This document shows, piece by piece, positions 35,401-43,375 of a stretch of DNA of 64,000 bases. The stretch's first letter is position 1. Each line of letters opens with the position of its first letter. Origin of the DNA: Bacillota bacterium (GTDB lineage: Bacteria > Bacillota > Clostridia > Christensenellales > UBA1242); NCBI GenBank assembly GCA_009784555.1, contig WRBO01000007.1:139-64138 (forward strand), in the 5' to 3' direction. Made by a program: the position numbers and the translations under genes. The notes below the pieces were generated by a model. It made no database searches, was not told the origin of the DNA, and saw nothing but the letters and a program-made list of their open reading frames with translations.

Positions 35401-37890
35401 TTACGCCGCATTGGACATATCTGGGCCCGCGTTCGTTGGGTCGGGCTTTGTCTTTTCCTTGTTATAAATTTGTTCCATGCGTTCGCGCGTTCCGACATTT
35501 GATGCAAAGGATTTGTCTACGCCATTTTTCTCTAGGTACGCTTCAAACTCGGCCAGCAACTCTGGCGTGTATTCCAATTTCTCACCGCTTGGCAAATCTT
35601 TTCTTTTGTCCCACATAAAGCCATCAACCAAACTCTCGCGGGAGCTGTTATATGACCTGCCGTGATTTTTATACATCTCTTCACTTGGCTCGTCACCATA
35701 ACCAATCCAGCTATTTACATTGCCAAAGTTCCTGCTCATTTGGTCGGTGCCCGCAACCAATTCTGGGTGTTCCTTTTTGATTTGTTCCAATACGTCGATA
35801 TATGCCTCGGCGTTTTCGTGACTGGTATATATCAGGAAGTTATCATTACGGTTATCGGTATTTGTATAAAACTTGAAATATGGCGCGCGCGTAGACTTGT
35901 TCTCGCCGCCCATTGTTTTGTTGATAAATTTTTGTATAAACTCAACCGTGTTCTCGGATTTCAGGTTTAGGTACAAACGCGCCTCGATATCCTCTTGTTT
36001 TCCGCCCGCCAATTTATTTCCGAACACATGGATAAAGTCACCTTTGCCTTTTTCCAATGTTTCCATGTCGCGCCCCGATTGACACGAAACGGGGTGAAAC
36101 CCATTCATCTCGCCCTTTTCCTTTGCGAACACATCATGCGCGCCCCGTTTTGTAACTTCTTCTGGGGTCATTTTGGGATTGTCCAAGATTTCTTGAAACT
36201 TCTGTCGTTGGTCGGGTTCGACATCTGGGTTTGTTGCCCATTGCTTTACCTGGTCATACCATGTTTCGTATATTTTTTGTTGCAACATCTCCAGGCTCTT
36301 TCCGCCCTTTGGGTCACTCTCGCGCAGACGTACACTTCCGTCATTATGTGCGCCGTTGTTGTAACTGTCGTATCCGCCGCGGTCAATACTGTCTTTCAAG
36401 ATATCTTCCAAACTCGGTGCCTTGACGGTGTGCTTGCCAATTCGCATGTCACCTGGCTCTTGTTCTTTGTCGGGTTCGGGAAAGGCAACCAATTGTCCCT
36501 TTTTCCTGTCTTGCACGTCCTCTGGTTTCGGTTCGGGCTTTGGTTCTGGTTTAATCTCTGGCTCGACTTTTTGTTCGGGTTGCTTTTCGGGTTGCTTTTC
36601 GGGTTGAGGCTGTTGTTGACCTGGGCCTGGCATCTGGGGCCCCATTGGGCCGTATTGTTGGAACATTCCCCATTGCTGCATCATGCCCATGGACATTTGT
36701 TGCTGCATTTGCATCTGCATGGCCTGCATCATGAACATGGCGTTCGGCGCGGCAACGGGCATCATAGGTGGCGGCATCATCATTTGTTGTTGCATCATGC
36801 CCATACCCATGCCTTGTTGCATCATCATTGGCGGTGCCATCGGCGGTGGCATCATTTGACCCATCATTTGTTGCTGTTGCATCATTGGGGCCATCATCAT
36901 CTGTTGTTGCATCATTGGCGCGAACATTGGGCCCATGCCCATACCCATTTGCATCTGTTGCATCATCTGCATTTGCATGGCCTGTTGCATCATAAATGCA
37001 CCCGCACCCGCGTTGTACATCGGCATACCCATTTGTTGTTGCATCATCATGTTCATTTGCATTTGTTGGTACATCGCAAACTGTTGCATCATTTGCATCT
37101 GTTGATATTGCATCATTATTTGTGGGTTCATCCACGGTGGCATAGGCGGGGTAGGCGGAACTGGCGGAACCTGTCCGTCTGGGCCTGGTGCTGGTTGTGG
37201 CTCAGGCTTCTTGTCTGGCTCTGGTTTTGCCTCTGCCTCGGGCTCTGCTACGGGCTTTGGTTCCGGTTTCTTATTCGGCTCTGGTTTTTTCTCGGGTGCT
37301 GGCTTTTTAACGGGCTTTGGTGTCGGTTCCTTATCTTTTTCCTTTTGCGGTTGTTCAATTATCATCAATGCGGTGCCTGCGGCATCTGGTTCCTTGTCTT
37401 TATCTTTGTCGTTATCCAGGTCTGTCGAAACCAACAAATCCTCGACCGACAACTCGGGCTCCTCCGATTGCTTTTTCTTCCAAAACATCAACCTTTCTTT
37501 CAATGGTACTTTTGGCTTTTTCTCCTTTGGCTCGCCTGGGTCAAATTCTTCTTCGTAATCTTCGTCAAATCCACCTGGAACCAACAACTTCTCTTGCAAC
37601 TTCTTGAACAATCCTTTGTTCGGGGCGGTCTGTGGCATGTAATTTCCTTCGTCATCCATCATTGCCTCGCCATCACGGTCAAGTGGACTGCCATGTTCGT
37701 CATAACCATAAACACCTTGCAATCCGTACAACTCCCGTAACTCTTCCTGGTTATATCCGCGAACCGCTCGGCGGGCCTTTGTGTACCATGGCGCATCTTC
37801 ATTAAGAAGATCTCTGGCTTCTGCCGCGGTCAGATGCGTGCGCTCTTCCGTCATTTCAACACCGTCATCTCTTTTGTTGTTTTCGTCCAT
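35401..37890 (-). CDS. Low-complexity protein: acidic N-terminal region, KPEP repeats, Met/Gln-rich core, and a globular C-terminal domain of unknown function
   Basis: 829 aa with no signal peptide or TM helix. Residues ~251-420 contain 63 Met and 44 Gln by my count of the supplied translation. The gene starts 14 bp downstream of spoIVB. The C-terminal domain has RLYLNLK...YFKFYTN..RNDNFLIYTS, which reminds me of HopA1-family proteins (unverified). Confidence 0.85.
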   Translation of the reverse strand: MDENNKRDDGVEMTEERTHLTAAEARDLLNEDAPWYTKARRAVRGYNQEELRELYGLQGVYGYDEHGSPLDRDGEAMMDDEGNYMPQTAPNKGLFKKLQEKLLVPGGFDEDYEEEFDPGEPKEKKPKVPLKERLMFWKKKQSEEPELSVEDLLVSTDLDNDKDKDKEPDAAGTALMIIEQPQKEKDKEPTPKPVKKPAPEKKPEPNKKPEPKPVAEPEAEAKPEPDKKPEPQPAPGPDGQVPPVPPTPPMPPWMNPQIMMQYQQMQMMQQFAMYQQMQMNMMMQQQMGMPMYNAGAGAFMMQQAMQMQMMQQMQMGMGMGPMFAPMMQQQMMMAPMMQQQQMMGQMMPPPMAPPMMMQQGMGMGMMQQQMMMPPPMMPVAAPNAMFMMQAMQMQMQQQMSMGMMQQWGMFQQYGPMGPQMPGPGQQQPQPEKQPEKQPEQKVEPEIKPEPKPEPKPEDVQDRKKGQLVAFPEPDKEQEPGDMRIGKHTVKAPSLEDILKDSIDRGGYDSYNNGAHNDGSVRLRESDPKGGKSLEMLQQKIYETWYDQVKQWATNPDVEPDQRQKFQEILDNPKMTPEEVTKRGAHDVFAKEKGEMNGFHPVSCQSGRDMETLEKGKGDFIHVFGNKLAGGKQEDIEARLYLNLKSENTVEFIQKFINKTMGGENKSTRAPYFKFYTNTDNRNDNFLIYTSHENAEAYIDVLEQIKKEHPELVAGTDQMSRNFGNVNSWIGYGDEPSEEMYKNHGRSYNSSRESLVDGFMWDKRKDLPSGEKLEYTPELLAEFEAYLEKNGVDKSFASNVGTRERMEQIYNKEKTKPDPTNAGPDMSNAA

Positions 37891-37904
37891 AGTTCAATGT
37901 TACC

Positions 37905-39005
37905 TCATGGCAATATAAAATCCAAATAAATTCCATAGCCTTTTGTCACGTCTTCCAATGTAACGTGGGTCAGGGCCCCTACAATCTTCCCATCTTGGAT
38001 GATGGGGCTGCCACTCATCCCGTGAATAATTCCACCCGTTGCATCCAGTAATCTTTGGTCGGTAATACGAACAATCATGCTCTTTTGCGATGCCTTGCGC
38101 TGGAACCTTGTCTTTATTATTTCAATATCAAAATCCTGGGGCCCCAATTCGTCAATAGTTGTGCGCAATGTTGCGCGCCCTGGCTTTGTGAAAAACCGAC
38201 TGCCTACACCCATTTCGTCCGTATCGCGCAAGAACCCGCTCTGGGCATACAGGCATCCAAACACACCCGCCATGTTGCTGCTACTTATCTCTCCTTGTGC
38301 GCCATACTCGCGTTTGATGACACTGCGGAATTTGCCAACCGTTCCTGACTCGCTGCGTTCTATCCCAATAATATTAGACGTGTGAATCGTCCCACCGCGC
38401 ACGTCAAAAGACGCACCCGTTTCAAAGTCATTTAACCGATGGCCCAATGTCGCAAAGTTCTTGTTTTCGGGGTTTATATATGTAACCGTTCCGATACCCG
38501 TGGACTCGCTCTTTAACAATAACCCCAACGGCTCCGTCACGGGAATCTTTACCCGTTTGGTGTTTCCATTCCGCATAATTTGGAACTCTATGTTGTCGGT
38601 TGCATTGTTAACTAACTTCTCCCATTCCGCGATGGAATCAACCAATATAACGTCACCCATGCGCAAATCCTTGCTGTGGTCGCGTGTAACAATCAACCCA
38701 TCCACATCGGCAAAAAACCCAACCAAATGCCCACCCGCATAAACACGGTCAAAGGGCAACAACTCTACACGCATTCGTCGCACAGGGATAACGCCAAAGA
38801 GCTTTAATGTAATATACCGCTCGTCATCCTCGTCCACCATCGCGGTGTAATTTGGTTGTATTGTGAAAACACCATGCTTGGTCGATTGTTTGAATTCGTC
38901 CGACGTCATTCGGATGTCCGTCGGATACTGGGTTTCCATATAATAATAAAACCCCGCACCAACAACCACAACCATCAAAAACGCAAAGACCAGAAACTTT
39001 CTCAT
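37905..39005 (-). CDS. spoIVB: SpoIVB peptidase (S55 sporulation signalling serine protease)
   Basis: N-terminal TM helix, a PDZ-like region, GIGTVTYINPENKNFATLGH, and the catalytic IIHGMSGSPII. The start at MRKFLVF (39005) avoids overlap with the upstream gene. Confidence 0.9.
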   Translation of the reverse strand: MRKFLVFAFLMVVVVGAGFYYYMETQYPTDIRMTSDEFKQSTKHGVFTIQPNYTAMVDEDDERYITLKLFGVIPVRRMRVELLPFDRVYAGGHLVGFFADVDGLIVTRDHSKDLRMGDVILVDSIAEWEKLVNNATDNIEFQIMRNGNTKRVKIPVTEPLGLLLKSESTGIGTVTYINPENKNFATLGHRLNDFETGASFDVRGGTIHTSNIIGIERSESGTVGKFRSVIKREYGAQGEISSSNMAGVFGCLYAQSGFLRDTDEMGVGSRFFTKPGRATLRTTIDELGPQDFDIEIIKTRFQRKASQKSMIVRITDQRLLDATGGIIHGMSGSPIIQDGKIVGALTHVTLEDVTKGYGIYLDFILP

Positions 39006-39019
39006 CCCATTATCTTGTG

Positions 39020-39655
39020 TTACAAAACAAATACCATACGCGACAGGACAAGGAAATAAAGCAACCATTCAATCACGGCAACACAAAACAAAATAACGGC
39101 AAAAGTTGTCAGGGGACGGCGAACCTCACGCCATCCCAATCCGCACCGCAATCCAAACATTCGACATGCCTTTCCACGGCGCAGGGCAAACAACACCGCC
39201 GCCGCAAAAATAATCAACAGGGTAATCAAAACAATCAAATAAACAAAAAACAAAACCGCCGCATGTGCAAACCCAAATCGGTCAATTACCCAAAACAAAT
39301 TAATGACAACCCAAAACCCCCGAAAGGCCAAATACGGAAACACCAATAACACCGTCCATTTGGACAACGAAAACAACATCACCAAAACAAACGCAAACGC
39401 AAAATCGGCAAAGCGCGAAACAATAAACGCAAATATCCCGCGGTTGGGCGATGCGGCGTTGATGATGTTCCCATCCAATAAATTTTGCGTAATTCGGAAA
39501 TGTTCCAACAACGGGTCGAATATAACCAACGCCCCCAACACCAACCCCGCAATGGCCGATAATGCCAACAATACAATAACAAAACGATTCTCGCGCCAGG
39601 CCGATTTCCACCCATCGCGAAAATTGTAATTTAATCTCCGAAAATGTCGTCGCAT
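39020..39655 (-). CDS. Polytopic membrane protein, SpoIIM-like by size, topology and context
   Basis: About 212 aa from MRRHFRR, with about 5 TM helices, directly upstream of spoIVB. The track start at 39772 would overlap the divergent dac gene. Confidence 0.5.
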   Translation of the reverse strand: MRRHFRRLNYNFRDGWKSAWRENRFVIVLLALSAIAGLVLGALVIFDPLLEHFRITQNLLDGNIINAASPNRGIFAFIVSRFADFAFAFVLVMLFSLSKWTVLLVFPYLAFRGFWVVINLFWVIDRFGFAHAAVLFFVYLIVLITLLIIFAAAVLFALRRGKACRMFGLRCGLGWREVRRPLTTFAVILFCVAVIEWLLYFLVLSRMVFVL

Positions 39656-39685
39656 AATTATTAATATTCGGGGAACAGTAAAAGC

Positions 39686-40882
39686 ATGAAAAGACTTTTT
39701 GGATTGGCAATAGCATTCATCGCGGGCGCATCCCTGGCATTCGTCCCCCCATGCCCGGAATGTAACGGCCACGAGGTATCAGGCCCAACGGAACAGCAAC
39801 AACAGGGTGGCCCAGCCGTCACCAGCAAAGCTGCGTTCCTAATGGAGGCAAACAGCGGCCGTGTAATAATGGAACACGCCGCGGACAACAAACTGCCTAT
39901 TGCATCCATGGTGAAAATAACAACCTTGGCCGTTATATATGATGCATTGGCAAACGGCGAGATTGCAATCGACCAAATGGTGCCCGTATCCGAAACGGCG
40001 CACGGCATGGGCGGGTCCCAAGCCTTCCTTGACGCGGGCTCTGAATATCCCGTCGACGAACTTATCAAATCAATCATCGTGGCATCCGCCAACGACAGCT
40101 GTGTTGCTATGGCCGAATTGATTGCGGGTTCGGAAACCGAATTTGTAAACCGTATGAACGCACTGGCAACGAAACTGGGCATGACAAACACGAACTATGT
40201 TAACGCAACCGGCCTGCCCGCCGTTGGTGCACATTCAACCGCACGTGACGTCGCAACAATATACACCTATATGATGCAGAGCGAATTTTACGGCCGCCAC
40301 GAAAAGACATGGATGTACGACCTGACACACCCGGGCGGACGTGTAACGGGATTAACCAACACAAATCGTCATGTTCGATTCTTTGACGGAATTACGGGCG
40401 GAAAAACCGGTTTCACGGCCGAGGCGGGGCATTGCCTGGCCGTATCCGCAACACGTGGCATGGTACGTCCCGTTGCCGTTGTGATTGGCTCGCCCGATTC
40501 AAAAACACGTTTCGATGAAACGGGCGCACTTATGAACCACGTATTCGGCGCATATACCAACGAATTGGTTGTATCACGCGAAACTGTCCTGGCGACCGCA
40601 CGTGTGCGCGGTGCGTATAACGACACCGTTGACCTGTTTGCCGAACGTGACTTCTATGACTTGGTTCGCCGTGGTGAGCGGGTCAAACCAACAACGGTGG
40701 TCGAGGTCAACGAAAATATCCGCGCGCCATTCGGGGCAACTGACTCGCTGGGAACCGTGTCGGTCACACGTGACGGCCGTGCCGTTGCCGAATTGGATTT
40801 GGTCGCACGCATCGATGTCGAAAAAATGAACATGTGGGACAGTGTCCGCAAGGTTGTATCAAAGTATAAAATTGCCGCATAA
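39686..40882 (+). CDS. D-alanyl-D-alanine carboxypeptidase (PBP5/DacB/DacF type, S11)
   Basis: SMVK (SxxK), SANDS (SxN) and KTGFT (KTG) motifs plus an N-terminal signal peptide. Confidence 0.92.
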   Translation: MKRLFGLAIAFIAGASLAFVPPCPECNGHEVSGPTEQQQQGGPAVTSKAAFLMEANSGRVIMEHAADNKLPIASMVKITTLAVIYDALANGEIAIDQMVPVSETAHGMGGSQAFLDAGSEYPVDELIKSIIVASANDSCVAMAELIAGSETEFVNRMNALATKLGMTNTNYVNATGLPAVGAHSTARDVATIYTYMMQSEFYGRHEKTWMYDLTHPGGRVTGLTNTNRHVRFFDGITGGKTGFTAEAGHCLAVSATRGMVRPVAVVIGSPDSKTRFDETGALMNHVFGAYTNELVVSRETVLATARVRGAYNDTVDLFAERDFYDLVRRGERVKPTTVVEVNENIRAPFGATDSLGTVSVTRDGRAVAELDLVARIDVEKMNMWDSVRKVVSKYKIAA

Positions 40883-40983
40883 AGGGTATTACATACCCTT
40901 TGTTGGCATCGCTCACTCGGTCATGTGCGTAAACGCCCGCGACCCTCGTTTGCTTGCCAATAGATTAACAAGGAGCGAATTTT

Positions 40984-41286
40984 ATGTTTGTATTTCACAA
41001 GAGTGACGTCCTGCCCGAACAACCCCGAACCCCTGCTGCTGCCCCCCGCGTAATGCGCCCATCCATGGATATCCCCGTGCCGCAAAACACACCAACTGGT
41101 CATATTATCGAGGAACACCACCAACACGAAAACTGTCCCCAACGGCGTGTGCGCCGTCACCGCGGTCACGAGGAACGTAATCAATTCATCCCCGAAAAGG
41201 CCCACACCCCAACCCCTGTGACTCCGCCCCCACACAACCAACAGCCAAGCCACACCCAACCACCGCACCACCAAAATGTTGGGTAA
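40984..41286 (+). CDS. Hypothetical His/Pro/Gln-rich disordered small protein
   Basis: AAGGAG SD 8 nt upstream of the start; 100 aa containing HHQHE, RRHRGHEE and PPPHNQQPSHTQPPHHQ. Confidence 0.5.
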   Translation: MFVFHKSDVLPEQPRTPAAAPRVMRPSMDIPVPQNTPTGHIIEEHHQHENCPQRRVRRHRGHEERNQFIPEKAHTPTPVTPPPHNQQPSHTQPPHHQNVG

Positions 41287-41319
41287 TTAAAATTTCATTC
41301 TTTGTGATATATTTTAATC

Positions 41320-41979
41320 ATGATTTTCAGTATCTTCTCCGCATACAACGGGTGGGCAATATTGCTCGCCCTTTTGGCATTTGTTCTGGCTATACTGGTT
41401 GCCCTCGTCCTGCACGAATGGGCGCACGCATGGGCCGCATTCAAATCGGGCGACCCAACGGCGAAACTGATGGGTCGGATGAGCCTAAACCCACGTGCCC
41501 ACGTCGAACCAATGGGCCTTATGATGTTTATGATTGTCGGTATCGGTTGGGCCAAACCTGTCCCCGTCAACCCATTCAATTACCGCAACTTCAAACGGGG
41601 CAATTTCTTTGTGTCGGTCGCGGGGGTCACGGTCAACTTTATACTGGGATTCCTGTTCTCGCTCGGCTATTTCTTGGTATACACCTATGCAAACATGGAC
41701 ATCGGAATATGGTTCTTCTTGGGTACGTTCTTTATGTTCGGAACATTTATAAACATCGCCCTTATGATTTTCAACTTGCTACCTGTACCACCTCTGGACG
41801 GTTACAACATGTTGGTATCCATAACAAAGCCCAACAACCGCTATATGCAATGGGCGCGCAACAACGCAATGGTGCTGCTTTTGACAATCTTGGTCATCTC
41901 GATGCTGACTGGCGGCATCATGCATTTACGTGATGGCATAATTGGTTTGTTCAATATGCTTTGGGGTGCTATATTCTAA
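41320..41979 (+). CDS. Site-2 protease family (M50) membrane metalloprotease
   Basis: HEWAHAW (HExxH) and the NLLPVPPLDG motif. Confidence 0.88.
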   Translation: MIFSIFSAYNGWAILLALLAFVLAILVALVLHEWAHAWAAFKSGDPTAKLMGRMSLNPRAHVEPMGLMMFMIVGIGWAKPVPVNPFNYRNFKRGNFFVSVAGVTVNFILGFLFSLGYFLVYTYANMDIGIWFFLGTFFMFGTFINIALMIFNLLPVPPLDGYNMLVSITKPNNRYMQWARNNAMVLLLTILVISMLTGGIMHLRDGIIGLFNMLWGAIF

Positions 41980-41991
41980 TTGTAGGAAATC

Positions 41992-42783
41992 ATGAGCATA
42001 CATCGGGCGGGAACGGAATACAGGGTAAAGCTAGAGGACTTCGAGGGGCCTCTTGATTTACTCTTGCACGTTATCCGCGATGCGAAACTTGATATCAAAA
42101 CCGTACCCCTGGCATCCGTTACAAAACAATACCTCGCGTTCCTGGACGAACTGGGAACACTTGACTTGAACTTGGCCAGTGAATTTATCGAGGTCGGCGC
42201 AACCCTCATCGAAATCAAATCACGGCAAATATTACCAAAGCCAAAGGTAGAGGAAGAGGAAACCGCCGAAGAAATCGAAGAACGCCTGCGCGCGCGACTA
42301 GAGGAATACAAACTACTAAAAGAAGCCAGTGACAAATTAAAACAGGTCGAAAACGTCAACAGGTTTTACAAAGACCCCGAACCGATCCGCGAAATCATCA
42401 AATACAAATTTGACAACCTCGACCTCTCCATGCTGGTCGAGGCCTTCTCGCGTGTCATGCACCGCGTTGAAAAATCGGCCGCACCACCGCCGCAACGCGC
42501 TATGCGATTGGACCGCTTCACCGTCGCCGACAAAATGAAATCCATCCGCGACGAATTGAAACATTGGAAAAAATTCAATTTCTTCAAACTGTTCGGCGAC
42601 GACTATTCGCGCGGCGAAGTTATAAATACATTCCTGGCGGTGCTTGAACTATTAAAAAATGGCGAGATTCGCGCCGTCCAGGAACAAAAATTCGCCGACA
42701 TAGAAATAACAAGGGTAGAAGGGGCAATCGCGCCCGAGGAGGACAAACTTGAGTACACAATTATCGACGGAATCGAAGACTAG
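41992..42783 (+). CDS. scpA: Segregation and condensation protein A
   Basis: LEDFEGPLDLLLHVI N-terminal signature. Confidence 0.92.
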   Translation: MSIHRAGTEYRVKLEDFEGPLDLLLHVIRDAKLDIKTVPLASVTKQYLAFLDELGTLDLNLASEFIEVGATLIEIKSRQILPKPKVEEEETAEEIEERLRARLEEYKLLKEASDKLKQVENVNRFYKDPEPIREIIKYKFDNLDLSMLVEAFSRVMHRVEKSAAPPPQRAMRLDRFTVADKMKSIRDELKHWKKFNFFKLFGDDYSRGEVINTFLAVLELLKNGEIRAVQEQKFADIEITRVEGAIAPEEDKLEYTIIDGIED

Positions 42784-43324
42784 GGAACATATCGAGGCGG
42801 TACTGTTCCTATCCGGTGACGGTGTCGCAACCGAATATCTGGCCGAAAAGTTTAATGTGGAAGTAAAAGAGGTCGAAGCCCACCTCTCCGAACTGCAAAA
42901 AAAATACAGTGGCGAGAGCGGCATCCACCTAATCAAATATCGCAAAAACTGGCAATTCTCGACAAACCCGCAATACGCGGACAGGGTGGCCGAGGTTCTT
43001 AATCCAATACGCGAACGGAATCTGTCGCGCGCGGTATTGGAAACCTTGGCTATCGTTGCATATAAACAACCAATAACGCGCGCGGAAATAGAGGACGTTC
43101 GCGGTTCCGACCCCGAATACGCGGTGCAAATTCTTATCCAAAACAATATGATAGAGGTCGCGGGGCGCAAAGACACGGTCGGCAAACCCCTCCTGTTCGC
43201 AACCACCGACGACTTCCTGAAACGCTTTGATTTGGAATCAATCGACCACCTGCCCAGTTACGAGGAACTGTTGGAAAAAATACGTGTCATCCAAACGGGC
43301 GACATGGACATTTTCGACAGATAA
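42749..43324 (+). CDS. scpB: Segregation and condensation protein B
   Basis: IEAVLFLSGDGV and ITRAEIEDVRG motifs. TTG start with a GAGGAGGA SD; overlaps the scpA 3' end. Confidence 0.9.
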   Translation: MSTQLSTESKTREHIEAVLFLSGDGVATEYLAEKFNVEVKEVEAHLSELQKKYSGESGIHLIKYRKNWQFSTNPQYADRVAEVLNPIRERNLSRAVLETLAIVAYKQPITRAEIEDVRGSDPEYAVQILIQNNMIEVAGRKDTVGKPLLFATTDDFLKRFDLESIDHLPSYEELLEKIRVIQTGDMDIFDR

Positions 43325-43375
43325 TAACAATCGCTATAGACAACACACACAACAATTCATATAATGGAGATAATC

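Noticed and set aside
35995-37740. 581-aa plus-strand ORF and several other long ORFs in multiple frames across 36200..37600
   Set aside because: This is an artefact of the CAT/CTG/TTG-periodic low-complexity DNA encoding the Met/Gln-rich region on the minus strand. The His/Leu/Trp-rich translation is implausible. The minus-strand frame alone continues into globular N- and C-terminal domains.
39656-39772. N-terminal extension of the SpoIIM-like ORF (Cys-rich MAVTFRAWGDECQGCARDECYC...)
   Set aside because: It would overlap the start of the divergent dac gene and its promoter region. The hydrophobic protein proper begins after MRRHFRR.
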